64,000 nucleotides of DNA from Zygnema circumcarinatum SAG 698-1b (Eukaryota; Plantae; Zygnematophyceae), in assembly GCA_037447605.1 (NCBI GenBank), contig CM074812.1:2170001-2234000 (forward strand), read 5' to 3'. Below are positions 1 through 11,308 of this stretch, in pieces (positions within the stretch are counted from its first letter, which is position 1; each line of letters starts with the position of its first letter). The notes below the pieces were generated by a model. That model was given only the letters and a program-made list of their open reading frames with translations. It was not told where the DNA came from and did not search any database. The position numbers and the translations under genes are program-made.

Positions 1-489
1 TGACAAACCCTAGTACGAAAAATCAGGATGCCACGTGTCACTATAGGTCATGTGGCAAATCGCCATTCGCTGTCGTGAATGGATCTAGGGTATTTGAGAA
101 TCTGAAAAACCCTGAAATGACGTCAGCATGCCCCTGGGACCACCCCATTGGTCAAGTTCAGATTTGAGATGTGCAGTCAGCGAACTGCTGTGCGCCGTTC
201 GTGCTTGTCAATCTTTAGCCTTTTTCGAAACTAGTACTATTTACATCGCGGCTGTGAGTTACAACGCGGAAAGCGAGTACTAATTTTCATAAGGGTGAAG
301 GATGAAAGCTGGATTTCCCTGAACCCTCCTGGGCTTCCCCTCCACGCCCCCCCCCCCCCACAGAGCGCCGTGAATCCTCCAAGCTTTTTCCCCAAACCTT
401 AAACCCAGAAACCCATCTCTTACGAAACAAAAAAAAAAAATCCGAAGGAAATAAATGAGCAGCGAATGAAAGCCTGGACCCTCAGAAAG

Positions 490-640
490 TCAGAACCTTA
501 AACCCTAAAGCTTAGACCCTAAACCCTGAACTTCAAACTTTGAACCTTAATTCCTAAACGCTAAACCTGAAACCCTAAATCTTAAACCCTAAACCTTAAA
601 CCCTAAACCTTAAATCCTGAACCCCAAACCCTAAACCCTC
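490..640 (+). repeat. Degenerate telomere-like (AAACCCT)n tract / telo-box array upstream of RAP
   Basis: Repeated aaaccctaaa, aaccttaaa and aaacctga variants directly before the ATG at 656. Confidence 0.75.
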
Positions 641-655
641 CGGTGGACTTTTTCG

Positions 656-3600
656 ATGTCTCTCCTCCCTCTCCCGCTCTCTGCGCGATGCGGGGTACTG
701 CCACGTGGCTGCCAGCCAGCCAATTGGGAGCAGAGATCTGCCACGTGGCGGCTGCTGAAGCCGCCAGCGAGGCAGGCCCTTGCCAAGTGGCAGTTCGCTC
801 TGAACCCTAAAAGCGGCGGGGCCGACCAAAGGGATTCGAAGGAAGACGGGGAGGATCGGCCAATGGCCCGCCGCCATGTGGCAGCGAGTCCGAGGGTTCA
901 GGGAATTCCAGAATGGATACATCGCGCTCGGCTTTCGGCAGAGCGTGTGGCGGAGGCGAGGGGCTTGGAGGTACCCATTTCGAAAAGGAGGGATCGGAGA
1001 AAGCAGAAGAAGAAGACAGTAGTGGGAGCGAAGGCGAAGGAGAGCAAGGAGGGAGGGAAGGAGAGAGAACGGGAGGGGGAGAGGGAGAGGGAGAGAGAGG
1101 GGGGGAGGGAGAAGGAAAGAGTGAGGGAGGGGGGGACGGGGAAGGGAAGAGAGAGAGTGGGGGAGAGAGAGAGGGAGAGGGAGGGGAACCCTAAAGCCTT
1201 AAACCGTGAAGGGGAGAGCGCTGCAACCTTGCTGAGGTATAGAGGGGGCGAGGAGGAGGAAGATTGGGAGGAAGACGGGGAGGAGGGGGAGTGGGAGGAA
1301 GCGGGAGAGAAGGGGTTTTGGGGGGAGGGAGACGAGGGAGCTGGCTTGAGGGAGGGTTCAGGGAAGAAGAATTCAGGGTTGAGAGATGGACTGGAGGCTC
1401 TGAAGGAGCAGCTGCAGGCGAGGTGGAGGGAGGAGGGAAGGGAGGAGGGGGTTGGGGTTTGGAGGGGTTCAAAGGATGGGAGTGAAGTTGGAAGAGGAGG
1501 AAGTAGTGGGGCTAAAGCCTCAGAATGGGAGGGAGGAGGCGAGGGAGAAAGAGGGAAGGTGGATAGGGGAGTTGGGGAGAGAGAGGAGTGGGAGGAGGGG
1601 AGGAAAAGGCGGAACGGTAGGAGGGAGGAGGTGGAGGACGGGGAGGAGGGGGAGAGAGTGGAGGAGAGAAGACAAGTAAGAGGGGGTTGGGAGAGAAAGG
1701 AGTGGGAGAGTGAGGAGGAGGATAAGGAGGAGGAGGGAGAGAAGAGGTATACAGAGCTTCGGAGGAGGAGAGAGCCTCGAAAAATGAAAAGCAGCCATTT
1801 TTCCGTGAATCGAAAAATTGTGGAAGCTTCCAATTTGGAGGAGCTCCTTGAAGTGATTTCCTGCGAAACTGAAGCGGAGTTCTATGTGGGGGTTCAGCTC
1901 TCTCCTGTGAATGCAGCGACGGCTCTTCACCGGCTCGCCCAACACATGGAAACCCTAAAACTGACCCGCATGGAACGGCTCTCCGTTGCCCGTAAACTTC
2001 CCGTTCAACGGCTTGTTGGAACTGCCATGGAACGCCTCCCCCAATGCGAAGCTCAAGCCCTGTCTAATATCACTTGGGCTTTAGGAAAGATAGGAGGAGG
2101 GGCGGGGAGATATGTGGGAGAGTTTGAGCTTCTCTCTGAAGCTCTTATGAAAATTTTGGGGTCTTTAAATGCTCAAAATATCGCTAATTCCGCCTCGGCT
2201 ATGGCTGCAGCCCAGCATGCCGACAAGAAACTTTTCAACGCATTTTCAAACAGAGCAGCAGAGCTTTTGGAATCTTTTCGAAGCCAAGAATTGAGTCAAC
2301 TTTTTTGGGCTTCAGCTTTGTTGGATTCGTCTCCGACCGCTCTATTAGAGGCGATCGACCAGCATGTGAATGCGGGAAAGGATGGACATTTTAATGGTTC
2401 TAAAAGCTCAAAAAATAGTGAGAATGTTTTGTCCGATAGGTTATTTGTGGGGTGGAATAGTCAGCAGCTTGCAAACGTGGCGTGGGCATATGCAGTGTTG
2501 GGAGAAGTGCAGCGTTCTGCTTTTACGGAACTGTGGAGACATATAGCCGTTCATGCGGCGGCGGGAGGAGAAGGGAGAGAGGGAGGAAGGGAGGAAGAGG
2601 AAGTGGCAGGGAGAGGAGAGCAGAGAGAGGCGAGTGGAGAAAAGAGAGGGGAGGAGAGATGGGAATTGAGAGGAGAGAGAGAGAAAAGGGACGAGGTAGA
2701 TGATCTAAGAGGCAATGCAAGACCGGAAGAGGGAGAGGGAGAGGGAGTAGTGGGAGAGAACGAGAGGAAAACAGAGAGAGCGGACAAGGGAGGGGAAATC
2801 AGTGCTGTGGGAGAGAGCCGGGATGATAATGGCCACTCAGAAGGGCTTACAGAGAGAGGAAAAGAAGCAGCAACGGGAGGAGAAGAAGAGGCAGAGGGAG
2901 AGAGAGAGAGAGAGGAAGAGAGCGAGCCCCTGCAGCCATTCAGAGATCGACACCTGGCACAACTGTACCAAGTAGGAATGACTCTTGAGCTCGAGTTTCC
3001 GGAAGTTGGACTTAAGCTGGAGGGAGAGCTGAGAGAGAGATGCTTTGAGGTATGGAGGAGAGAGGTGAAGAGGAGCAAAATTTCTTCAGACTTAGAGAAG
3101 GTGATGAGCTACCACCTTGCTACCACGGGGCAGCCATGGATTCCGGAATATGCAGCAGCGGAGTATTCCATTGACTTTGCGCTTCCGGAAAAAAGGATCG
3201 CTTTGGAGGTGGACGGACCCAGTCACTATGCGCGCAACACAGGTAGGGTTCAGGGCCGTTGACTTTTGTGGGTTGTACGGAACAAAAGGGTAAAGGGTCT
3301 AGGGGTTTCGTCGGTTTCTAAGGTTTGGTGTTCATGGGCTCTTTGGGTTTTTGTGATTTTGAGTTCTCTTCCACTCCCACTCTTTCCTCTACCACCCAGT
3401 CCCTCTCCCTCTCCCTCTCCCTCTCCCTCTCCCTCTCCCTCTCCCTCTCCCTCCGTAAATTTCCTTCATTCTGATGTTCTATGCTCTCCCGTTAAACTGA
3501 CTGCAGCTGCTCCGCTCGGATCGACGTTGTTGAAGCGGCGCCACCTGGCAGCCGCTCATTGGACGCTCGTTTCGGTGCCATATTATGAAGTGAGAAAAAA

Positions 3601-4051
3601 AAATGTTGGCATTTTTGCTTTTTATAGTAGGCAAATCTGCGGGATTTTTTTCTTTTTTTTTCTTTTTTGTCGCGTAAATGATTATACAAGGCGATTGGTG
3701 TGTCTTGCCACGTGGCAGATTTTTATTGGCGTAAGAGGGTGGAGGTACTGATTTTGATGTTTGGCTTTTTGACAGTGGGAGGGCCTCTACGGAGAAGTGG
3801 AACAAGGGGCGTATCTGCGCCGGCTGCTGAGGCCCTGGATGGGCCACGTGGCAGAGGGAGAGGGAGAGGGAGAGGGAGAGGAATGGGAGGGACACAACGG
3901 AGGTGAGGGAGAGGGAGAGGAATGGGAGGGACACGGAGGGGAGGGAGAGGGAGAGGAGGGACAGGACGGAGAGGGAGTGCGAGAGGAGGGTGAGGAGGGA
4001 GCGAGGGGAGGAAGGAGGGAGAGGGAGAGGAGAGCATTAAGAAGTAGATAA
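656..4051 (+). CDS. RAP: RAP-domain / octatricopeptide-repeat protein, plant chloroplast RAP (16S rRNA maturation factor)-like; 3 exons 656-3242, 3507-3589, 3776-4051 (~981 aa)
   Basis: Spliced C-terminus reads EYSIDFALPEKRIALEVDGPSHYARNT|AAPLGSTLLKRRHLAAAHWTLVSVPYYE|WEGLYGEVEQGAYLRRLL, the RAP domain pattern. OPR-like helical repeats (PVNAATALHRLA, QALSNITWALGKIG, QNIANSASAMA, QELSQLFWASA, QQLANVAWAYAVLG). GT/AG sites at 3243/3506 and 3590/3775 keep the frame. Confidence 0.9.
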
Positions 4052-4869
4052 ACTTCGATAGTTTGCTTTTCTTGGGTGAAGTTATAAGATGTGAAAGAAT
4101 GTATGCTCTACTTCATAGATTGCTTACGTTAATTGGATTTAAGTTTTTTTTACAGTTTTACGGAGTTTGCGTTGTATTGGTTGGCACGGTTTTGTGGAAT
4201 GACTTAAAATGACTTCAGCATGGGAACGCAGTAGGGAGGGGCAGTTCGCAGTTGCAGGAGTTGAACTTCCAGTGTTAATGACCGTGCAGTTGCTTTGCAG
4301 TTCCAGTTGCAGTTTTAGTCGCAGTTCTATATGTAGTTCATTTCTAGTTACAGTCAGAGCGTCAGTTGCTGTCGCTGTTCCGGTTGCAGTTACAAGGTTG
4401 GCGGTTCTATGAGGAAAGCAAGACCTGGTCAATGTATCGCGTTACTGTCAACAGTTCCATGCTCCGGCTCTTCCCAATTTACGAGCCGCACTTCTATGAG
4501 GAAGAGCGTGTCGTTGAAACGGAACTGGCGAAGCAACTGAGCGTTTCTCTCTACTGGTGTGCGGATCCATGCGGGAGGTCTGGATTTTAGGATAACGACA
4601 AACAATGTCTTAAACCGCACAACCTGCTGCAATTGCAGTTGCAATGGCAGTTCCAGTTTTAGTGCCAGTTTCAGTTCTGCACCCGCTTTGACAAACTTCT
4701 TTTAAACTGGTCACTTTGGCCAGTCAGCCTGACTAATCAGTCTGGTGAATTCCGTGGCTCACTATGCCGATGGAGACTGTTCAGCCGAACAAAGCCATTC
4801 GGCTGCCGGATACCGTACGGTACACCCGCCTGCTTGCCTCCCTGCCTTATGCCTGCCTGCCGGAAGGCC

Positions 4870-5275
4870 GCCCGGACGGACGGGCGGACGGACGGGCGGA
4901 CGGATGGGCGGACGGACGGACACTTGGACGGACGAACGGACGGGCGGACGGATGGACGGGCGGATGGACGGACGGACGGACACTTGGAGGGACGAACGGA
5001 CGTGCGGACGGATGGACGGACGGATGGACGGACGGACGGACACTTGGAGGGACGAACGGACGGGCGGACGGATGGACGGACGGACGGACACTTGGACGGA
5101 CGAACGGACGGGCGGACGGATGGACGGACGGATGGACGGACGGACGGACACTTGGAGGGACGAACGGACGGGCGGACGGATGGACGGACGGATGGACGGA
5201 CGGACGGACCGATGGACGGACGGATTGACGGACGGGCGGACGGACGGACGGACGGGCGGGCGGACGGACGGAGGC
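4870..5275. repeat. (GGAC)n-based compound tandem repeat with ~36-44 bp higher-order unit (cacttgga.ggacgaacggacg...)
   Basis: Directly visible; produces the spurious RTDG/SVRP ORFs in all frames. Confidence 0.9.
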
Positions 5276-5383
5276 GGCGGCGGTCGGCAGGACCGCGCGC
5301 GACCAGGACCGCTGCCAGCTTTCCGTCCGCCTGTCTGTCAGAGCGCCTCGCCGCCCGCCGCAGCCGGAAAACCTGCAGTCGGA

Positions 5384-5512
5384 CAAACGGCAGTCGGAAA
5401 ACTGGCAGCCAGAAAACCGGCAGTCGGAAAACCGGCAGTCGGAAAACCGGCAGTCGGAAAACTGGCAGTCGGAAAACTGGCAGCCAGAAAACCGGCAGTC
5501 GGAAAACCGGCA
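5384..5512. repeat. 15-bp tandem repeat (accggcagtcggaaa) x ~8
   Basis: Directly visible units with variants actggcagccagaaa. Confidence 0.9.
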
Positions 5513-5698
5513 ACCTGAAAAGCCCCCTTCGAAAGGGCGGATCCTCCCAGCGTGCCGTGACGTGACGTGACAAGGGGCCGCATGCCATACCGTGCCATAA
5601 CTAGGGATGGATTAATTACGACTACATAATATATATTATATTATACAACTGTGACGACTAGATAACGGCTGATATATATTACTTTACAACGCCTTTAC

Positions 5699-7230
5699 TG
5701 TTGATGTATAGGGTACATCAAGGTGTTGGTACTTAGTTCCTAGCATGAATGTTGTCCGGGACATCAATGTGGTGGTATAGGGACAATGTCATGTATGAAT
5801 GGTCATGTTTGGTGTAGGACCGAACATGGGGGGTGCCCGTATCATTAGGGCATGGTACGGCAGGTCTAGGGAAGGTCTAGGGTCGTAGAATTACGGCTTA
5901 GGCTTAGACCGCACTAAAGGGGGTGCACCTGGACGTGCTTGGATCGGTATGAGCGCCGCCGTGACGGACGGGCGCCACATCGGTAATTTAACGACGCTAA
6001 ACAAACGGACGCTGAGATATTTGGCGCCGGTAGCGGATCTCGCATCGGGTTTACATGATTGCCGCGCCGGGCCGCAAGTGTGCGATACGCACGCAGTCTT
6101 CGGGCTGACGCGGACGCTGAAGTCGGGTTGAAGAGATTGGAGATGTCGGGCGCTAATGAGGAGGTGGCATCGCGGCATTGCTTGGACCCTTAGTGTGTCC
6201 GGGCGAGCGTTCGACGCAGGTCAACCGAGAAGGGATCGAAGTTAGATCTGACCGAGGCTTCACATGTACGGCCGGGCGGCGGACGGTATCGCCGGCGCTT
6301 TAATGAAGACGGACGCACCTTGCGTAGGCGGTCGCAGGCCGGGCGTAGGTTTACGTGGAAGTCGCAGTAGCTGGTCGCGTTGAACGCCAGAGCTGGCCGC
6401 TGGACGCTTGCCGGGTCGCTGAATGCATGCGCTGTTAGTGCGCTCGCGGACGCGACATCGGGTGTCACGTCACGCCGCCGCCATAGTTTAAGAGGGAGCA
6501 AGCTTGGCCCCCACCACTCACTCTCCTCAATGTTGCGTCACGTAATCGCTGTTGTAAAGCGAAAGAAGAGGGGCAGAGGCCGAGGCCTGTGAGGAGTCCC
6601 GAGGAGTCCGCCTTGTGTATGAAGGTCGTGAAGGAACTAGCTCTCATCATGCTAAGCTTTAGTGAAGAAGTTAGATGATGTGTCCCTCATATGTTGAGGT
6701 AGAGGAGGAGTTCATGGAGGCAAGTAGTGCTTGGCTACTGCAGTTGGGGTGTAGGCTATCTATGAGAGGATAGGATAGTGCTCATGAGAGGAGGAGAATC
6801 TAGCATAAGGGATCTATGTAGATTTCCTCAAGAGCTTGTATTACACTCATGAAGTTTAAGGAGTTTTGGGGCCGTGGGCTTTCTCCTTACTACTGTATCA
6901 TTCGTCATGTGAGTCCTCGTGTTGGATTGGCGTGGTGGATGAGTGGAGGCGACCATTGTATGGGCGGTGTGTTGCTCCACACGAGGAGATCATTGGAGGA
7001 GCGTGGAGTTGAGGAGCCGAGACCATGGAGGAGATGAAGAAGTGCACTTGTAGGTGGGGTGTTTAGTTTCCGCTGTGCGCACCTGGCAAGAGGTGGACGA
7101 GAAGGCATATCGTGGCGAAAGCGGTATGTGGCCCAAGGAGAAGCAAAAGAAAAGTTTTGAGCTCTGATACCCAGGGCATGTGTTGCCCTTTCCTTGTGTC
7201 TTTCCTTTCTTGCTGCCCCTTGCACCAACA
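5699..7230. mobile_element. Solo LTR (1532 bp) inserted in hAT copy 1
   Basis: Starts TGTTG, ends CAACA, with 5-bp TSD TTTAC (5694-5698, 7231-7235). The empty site cgcctttacaacatgtac is present in copy 2. The end tgcaccaaca matches the end of the copia LTR at 13642. Confidence 0.8.
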
Positions 7231-7349
7231 TTTACAACATGTACGGTCGGACGGTCGTATGGTTTTACGACTGTACGGTATTATGCGGTACGAATGTACG
7301 GTCGAGCACGAGCAGACAGAGTGAACCAGACGGACGCATTTCGCAACGC

Positions 7350-7741
7350 TGTAGCGTAGTGGAGCTGCGCTCGACAGATCCGCGTCAGTTCAGTTGTACT
7401 TGATATATGCCTCTTCAGAATCACGGATCAGCAGAATCCAGGAGCTGCCAACGGAGGATGCGAGAAGGCAATACCATGTGTTGGCGGCCCACGGAATAGC
7501 ACACCATCCAGCAAGGCACACTCGGAGCGCCGCAAATTGCTGNNNNNNNNNNATCTTCAGGATCCCTACGTCTTCCGCTGCGCGTACCTCTGAATCCCCC
7601 GGTTCCTGGCTCTATACTGCAGGCAGACCCACAGCCCCAATCCAACCCTTCATTAGTTTCAGGACAGATGCACTAGTTGCCGTACAGCACCTTCAGCTAG
7701 ATCAGCAGTCTCCTCTTAACTCCACTTATCTTTGTGCTACA
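7350..7741. mobile_element. Second solo-LTR-like insertion in hAT copy 1 (spans an N gap at 7543-7552)
   Basis: Starts TGTAGC, ends GCTACA, flanked by ACGC (7346-7349, 7742-7745). Absent from copy 2, whose empty site is catttcgcaacgccaacgcc. Confidence 0.65.
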
Positions 7742-8739
7742 ACGCCAACACCAAAACGACCTAATTTTGGCATGGTACGACTCGTACGGTCGTACGGTCG
7801 TTAATTGTTCAAAACGAGTGGGTATAATATATATAATTAAGTCTTTTACTTTATAATATATTACTACTTTTAAACCCGTTGTAAAGTATATAATGTATTC
7901 GGAATTTATAACGCGGGCCATCCCTAGCCATAACTCCATAAGCAGCAACGGCAATGTTTGACTTTGACTTTGACTTTGACTGTGACTTTGCCACTACTGC
8001 AAAACCACCACCGCGCAGGTTAGGGCAGGGCGGTTGGAAGCGGGCCCGGATGGACAAAAATCTGCGTTCAGAATTTTCCTGTTGGTACGCACACAGCAAC
8101 CAGTTCTCTACAACTGCAACTGTGAACATGGAAGATGGGCGAGAGTGCCAAACCGATTATTTTTGGATTTTTCCGTTGGCTTTCTATGTTCAGACATTTT
8201 CCCGTTTAGCACTTGACACGTTCTTATCCGCGATTGGCACCTGCCTTCACGATTTCGTGTGAATCCGGACAACTCTTTGGTCGGTTTAAAATTGGCGCCT
8301 TCGAACGGCCAAAAATCTAATGACGCAAAAAAATACTAAGAGTCAGTAAATTCCTAAGAAAATTGATAGATTCAGCCCTTTTTTGTTTAGGTACAGACCT
8401 TTTTTTCGTCGGACAGATTGAAAGTTCGACAAAAAGGGATTAAAAACGGAAAATGCTTTTTTGGCACCTTCTTGGACTCGATTCACACCTTTGTTCCGTC
8501 GCACAAATTTTATTTTACAGAAAAATGAAAAAACAAATATCGGCCTGCCCGAATCCGCTCCGAGGATGTCCGCCACGAGATCGTTCGCCGGTGTCCGTCC
8601 TTCATACGTGCGGTGAATCACGGCCGTCGATTCTCTCGCTAATCACACCACGGCAACCGTCAAATTGCAGCCGGGCTCGGATCCAGCGAATGGCACGTGT
8701 CCACGCGTCCCTTAAAAGCCAGCTCGCACGTGCGAGCGC

Positions 8740-9815
8740 GCGCGTCCCTTGGCCCGAAATCTCCGCAATGTTATCTGGACCGGCCAGCCTGGGGCGGCAG
8801 ACCACTGCCAACTGACAGCTAATCACCATCTGCCACGTGTCTTGATATGACGTGGCAAATTTATCAGTTCCCAAAAATAAATATAGTAATCATTGCGACA
8901 GAAGGAGACTGCCACGAAAGAAATCTGCGCCGTTCAAATATCCACGTCAGCCAAGCTCAACGGTCCAAACTGCCACGCTGACAATCCTTTGCCGTCTAAA
9001 CTGCCACACTGGTCGTCCCTTTCCGTAATTTGGCGATACTGTATTGGATCCCACATGACCGTACTGGAATGTGGCTTGAGATTAGGGATGGATTAGTTAC
9101 GACTATATATTATATATTATATTATACAACTGTGACGACTAGATAACGGCTGATATATATTAATTTACAACGCCTTTACAACATGTACGGTCGTACGGTC
9201 GTACGACTGTACGGTATTATGCGGTGAAGACAGAGTGAACCAGACGGACGCATTTCGCAACGCCAACGCCAAAACGACCTAACTTTGGTATGGTACGACC
9301 GTACGACCGTACGAGTACGGTCGTACGGTCGTTAATTGTTCAAAACGAGTGGGTATAATATATGTAATAAACTGTTTTACTTTGTAATATATTACTATTT
9401 GTAAACCCGTTGTAAATTATATAATATATTCGGAATTTATAACGCGGGCCATCGCTACTTGAGATTCGAGGCACGCGTCCCTCGGCTCGCAATCTCCGCA
9501 AAATTCTGAGCTGGACCGGCCAGCCTAGGCCGGCAGCCCAACGGACAAATGACAGCCAATCACCATCTGCCTCGCGTTTTCGTATGTCGAGGCAAATTTA
9601 TCAGTTCTCAAAAATAAATATAGTTTATGATTGAGGCAGCAGCAGATTGCCACGCTGGAGATCTGCGCCGTTCAAATAATCACGTCAACCGATCTACACG
9701 GCCCAAACTGCCACGAGGGCAATCCTTTGCCGTCTAAACTGCCACACTGGTCGTCCTTTGCCGGAATTTGGCGTTATTCATCCCAAATGACCGTACCGGA
9801 ATGAGGCTTGAGATT
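8740..9815. repeat. Two diverged ~350-bp tandem units separated by the hAT MITE
   Basis: Shared blocks such as ctggaccggccagcct, ggcaaatttatcagtt, atctgcgccgttcaaata, caatcctttgccgtctaaactgccacactggtcgtcc and ggcttgagat occur in both ~8740-9082 and ~9466-9815. Confidence 0.8.
9083..9457. mobile_element. hAT MITE, copy 2 (375 bp, uninterrupted)
   Basis: TAGGGATGG...CCATCGCTA termini (1 mismatch). Perfect 8-bp TSD CTTGAGAT at 9075-9082 and 9458-9465. Internal CGTAC/GTACG motif clusters. Confidence 0.9.
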
Positions 9816-10305
9816 GGATCCTTTCGGAAAACGACAAATTCAGGACCTGCCGCCCAGGCCTGTCCTGCCCTTCCAATTCCTGTCCCCCCGTGGCCGCATC
9901 CAGTGAGTCGACGCCAAACGCGGCAGAACGAGAGAGGGTATATAGAGGAGGGGGAGGTGAAGGGGAGAGGAGTCGGAGATTAGCAGAGGCGAAGAGGAGG
10001 CCAAGGAGAAGGAAGAGGCAGCCATGGCGGCGGCGGGAGGTCGACCTTCGACAGGGTGAGAGCTGGGTGGTTGCCGCCGGTGCTTGCAGAGGCATGCATG
10101 CATGCAGCTTTGCGAACGATGCTCTAGTATGCTTTTGCCTGCTAAAAGGGTGCGGGAGAGGGTGGGGGGGGAAGAGAGAGAGAGAGAGAAAAACAATGCC
10201 ATGGGCTGCAATCCTTCATATTGTGGTAGCTGCTTTCCGTCCTGCTTCTGCCTGAGGCTGATGGATGAGCGTGTTTGGGGGTTGTGGGGGAGGGTGTGTA
10301 GGGCT

Positions 10306-10727
10306 ATGAGTTACTCGTGGACGGTGCTCGCCCTTGGAGTTGTGCTCGTCCTGACTATGGCGCCGGCTCAAGTGGGAGGTAAGCTTGCGTATTGTAAATT
10401 TGAGGGCTTTGGGGGAAGGGAAGAATCAGCGTTTCCTTGTGCTAATGGCGAATGTCTGTCGCGTTCTAATACTGTGAGGGATCGCCTTTGTCTCCGCAGC
10501 GTCGAATGAAGTCTGCAGTTTCCAGGAAGGATGGGCGATTACGGGATATGACCTTCCTAATTATGCGGGAAATGTGCTTTCATCGAAGGAGGACTGCTGC
10601 GATTAGTGTAACAGTGTGGCCGAATGCGTCGCTTTCACATACAAGTACGAATCGCATAAGTGCTATCTGAAGAGTGCTGTGGGGGATGCAGTCGTCCCAT
10701 CGAATGCATCCACAGGCTTCGCCGGAG
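10306..10727 (+). pseudogene. Secreted PAN/Apple-domain protein gene fragment (signal-peptide exon 10306-10378, Apple exon 10500-10727) with in-frame TAG at 10604-10606; 3' part not found
   Basis: MSYSWTVLALGVVLVLTMAPAQVG G|gtaagc...ctccgcag|CG joins in phase 1 to ASNEVCSFQEGWAITGYDLPNYAGNVLSSKEDCCD*CNSVAECVAFTYKYESHKCYLKSAVGD...GFAG G|gtacgg. This has the C...G.D...CC..C...C..F.Y...C.LK Apple/PAN cysteine pattern. Confidence 0.7.
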
Positions 10728-11308
10728 GTACGGAATCCGTATTATTTACGAATCGCTGGGCAGGCTTAGCATGATGTAGCATGGAGACGATGGTAGCGAT
10801 AGGTGCAAAGATGCAATAAGCTGAGGTCAAGAGTTGCGAGATGTTTGCTCATTAAGATTTAGCTCTTCTGTAACGAACCTGCCTGCAGCAGGGTTCGGAC
10901 TCAGGACCTCCCGGTATTCACCTAAGTGCTTTACCATTAAAAGGCAACCGCGGATGTAAGTACTCGGCCATACAACCCATGTATAGCGTTTCGCTACATC
11001 TTCACAGGATGCAATGTAACAGACCGCGGGGCTAACCCCTCCTCGGTCGTGCGCGGAATCTCTCTCAGCCTGCACTCAGCGTCTGAATCAAGAAGGTCAG
11101 AGAGAGAGAGAGAGAGAGAGAGCTTCAGAGGGTGGCGCAGCCCTGGGCAGGGGTGCAACTGAATGCCGGTACGTTGGTTGGGTGACGACAGTCACCCTCG
11201 CCCCTATATGCTTCCCCCGTTGAACCTCCTACCAGCATGGAGGATTGGAAGCAGGGCTGTCCAATGGCAGACTGCCACGTGTCCCTCTCTGACCCGAANN
11301 NNNNNNNN

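Larger units (their letters stand above)
5602..7926. mobile_element. Non-autonomous hAT (Ac/Ds-like) element, copy 1, expanded by two internal insertions
   Basis: Termini TAGGGATGG...CCATCCCTA (Ds-like TAGGGATG). Perfect 8-bp TSD GCCATAAC at 5594-5601 and 7927-7934. Colinear with the 375-bp copy at 9083-9457. Confidence 0.9.

Noticed and set aside
4366-4590. Short ORF ...FPIYEPHFYEEERVVETELAKQLSVSLYWCADPCGRSGF
   Set aside because: No recognisable homology or splice context; embedded in hexamer repeats.
4737-5588. Overlapping RTDG/SVRP/GSRKT repeat ORFs; possible CRISPR-like array
   Set aside because: Translation of tandem repeats. There are no unique spacers of regular length, no cas genes, and the context is eukaryotic.
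7159-7173. gagctctgataccca resembling a reverse-complement tRNA-Met PBS
   Set aside because: It lies inside the TSD-bounded solo LTR with no adjacent LTR boundary or gag, and has an extra base.
10604-10606. Stop-codon reassignment (TAG as sense)
   Set aside because: Other genes here end in TAG (RAP, SNU114) and show no internal TAGs. A nonsense mutation or base error is simpler.
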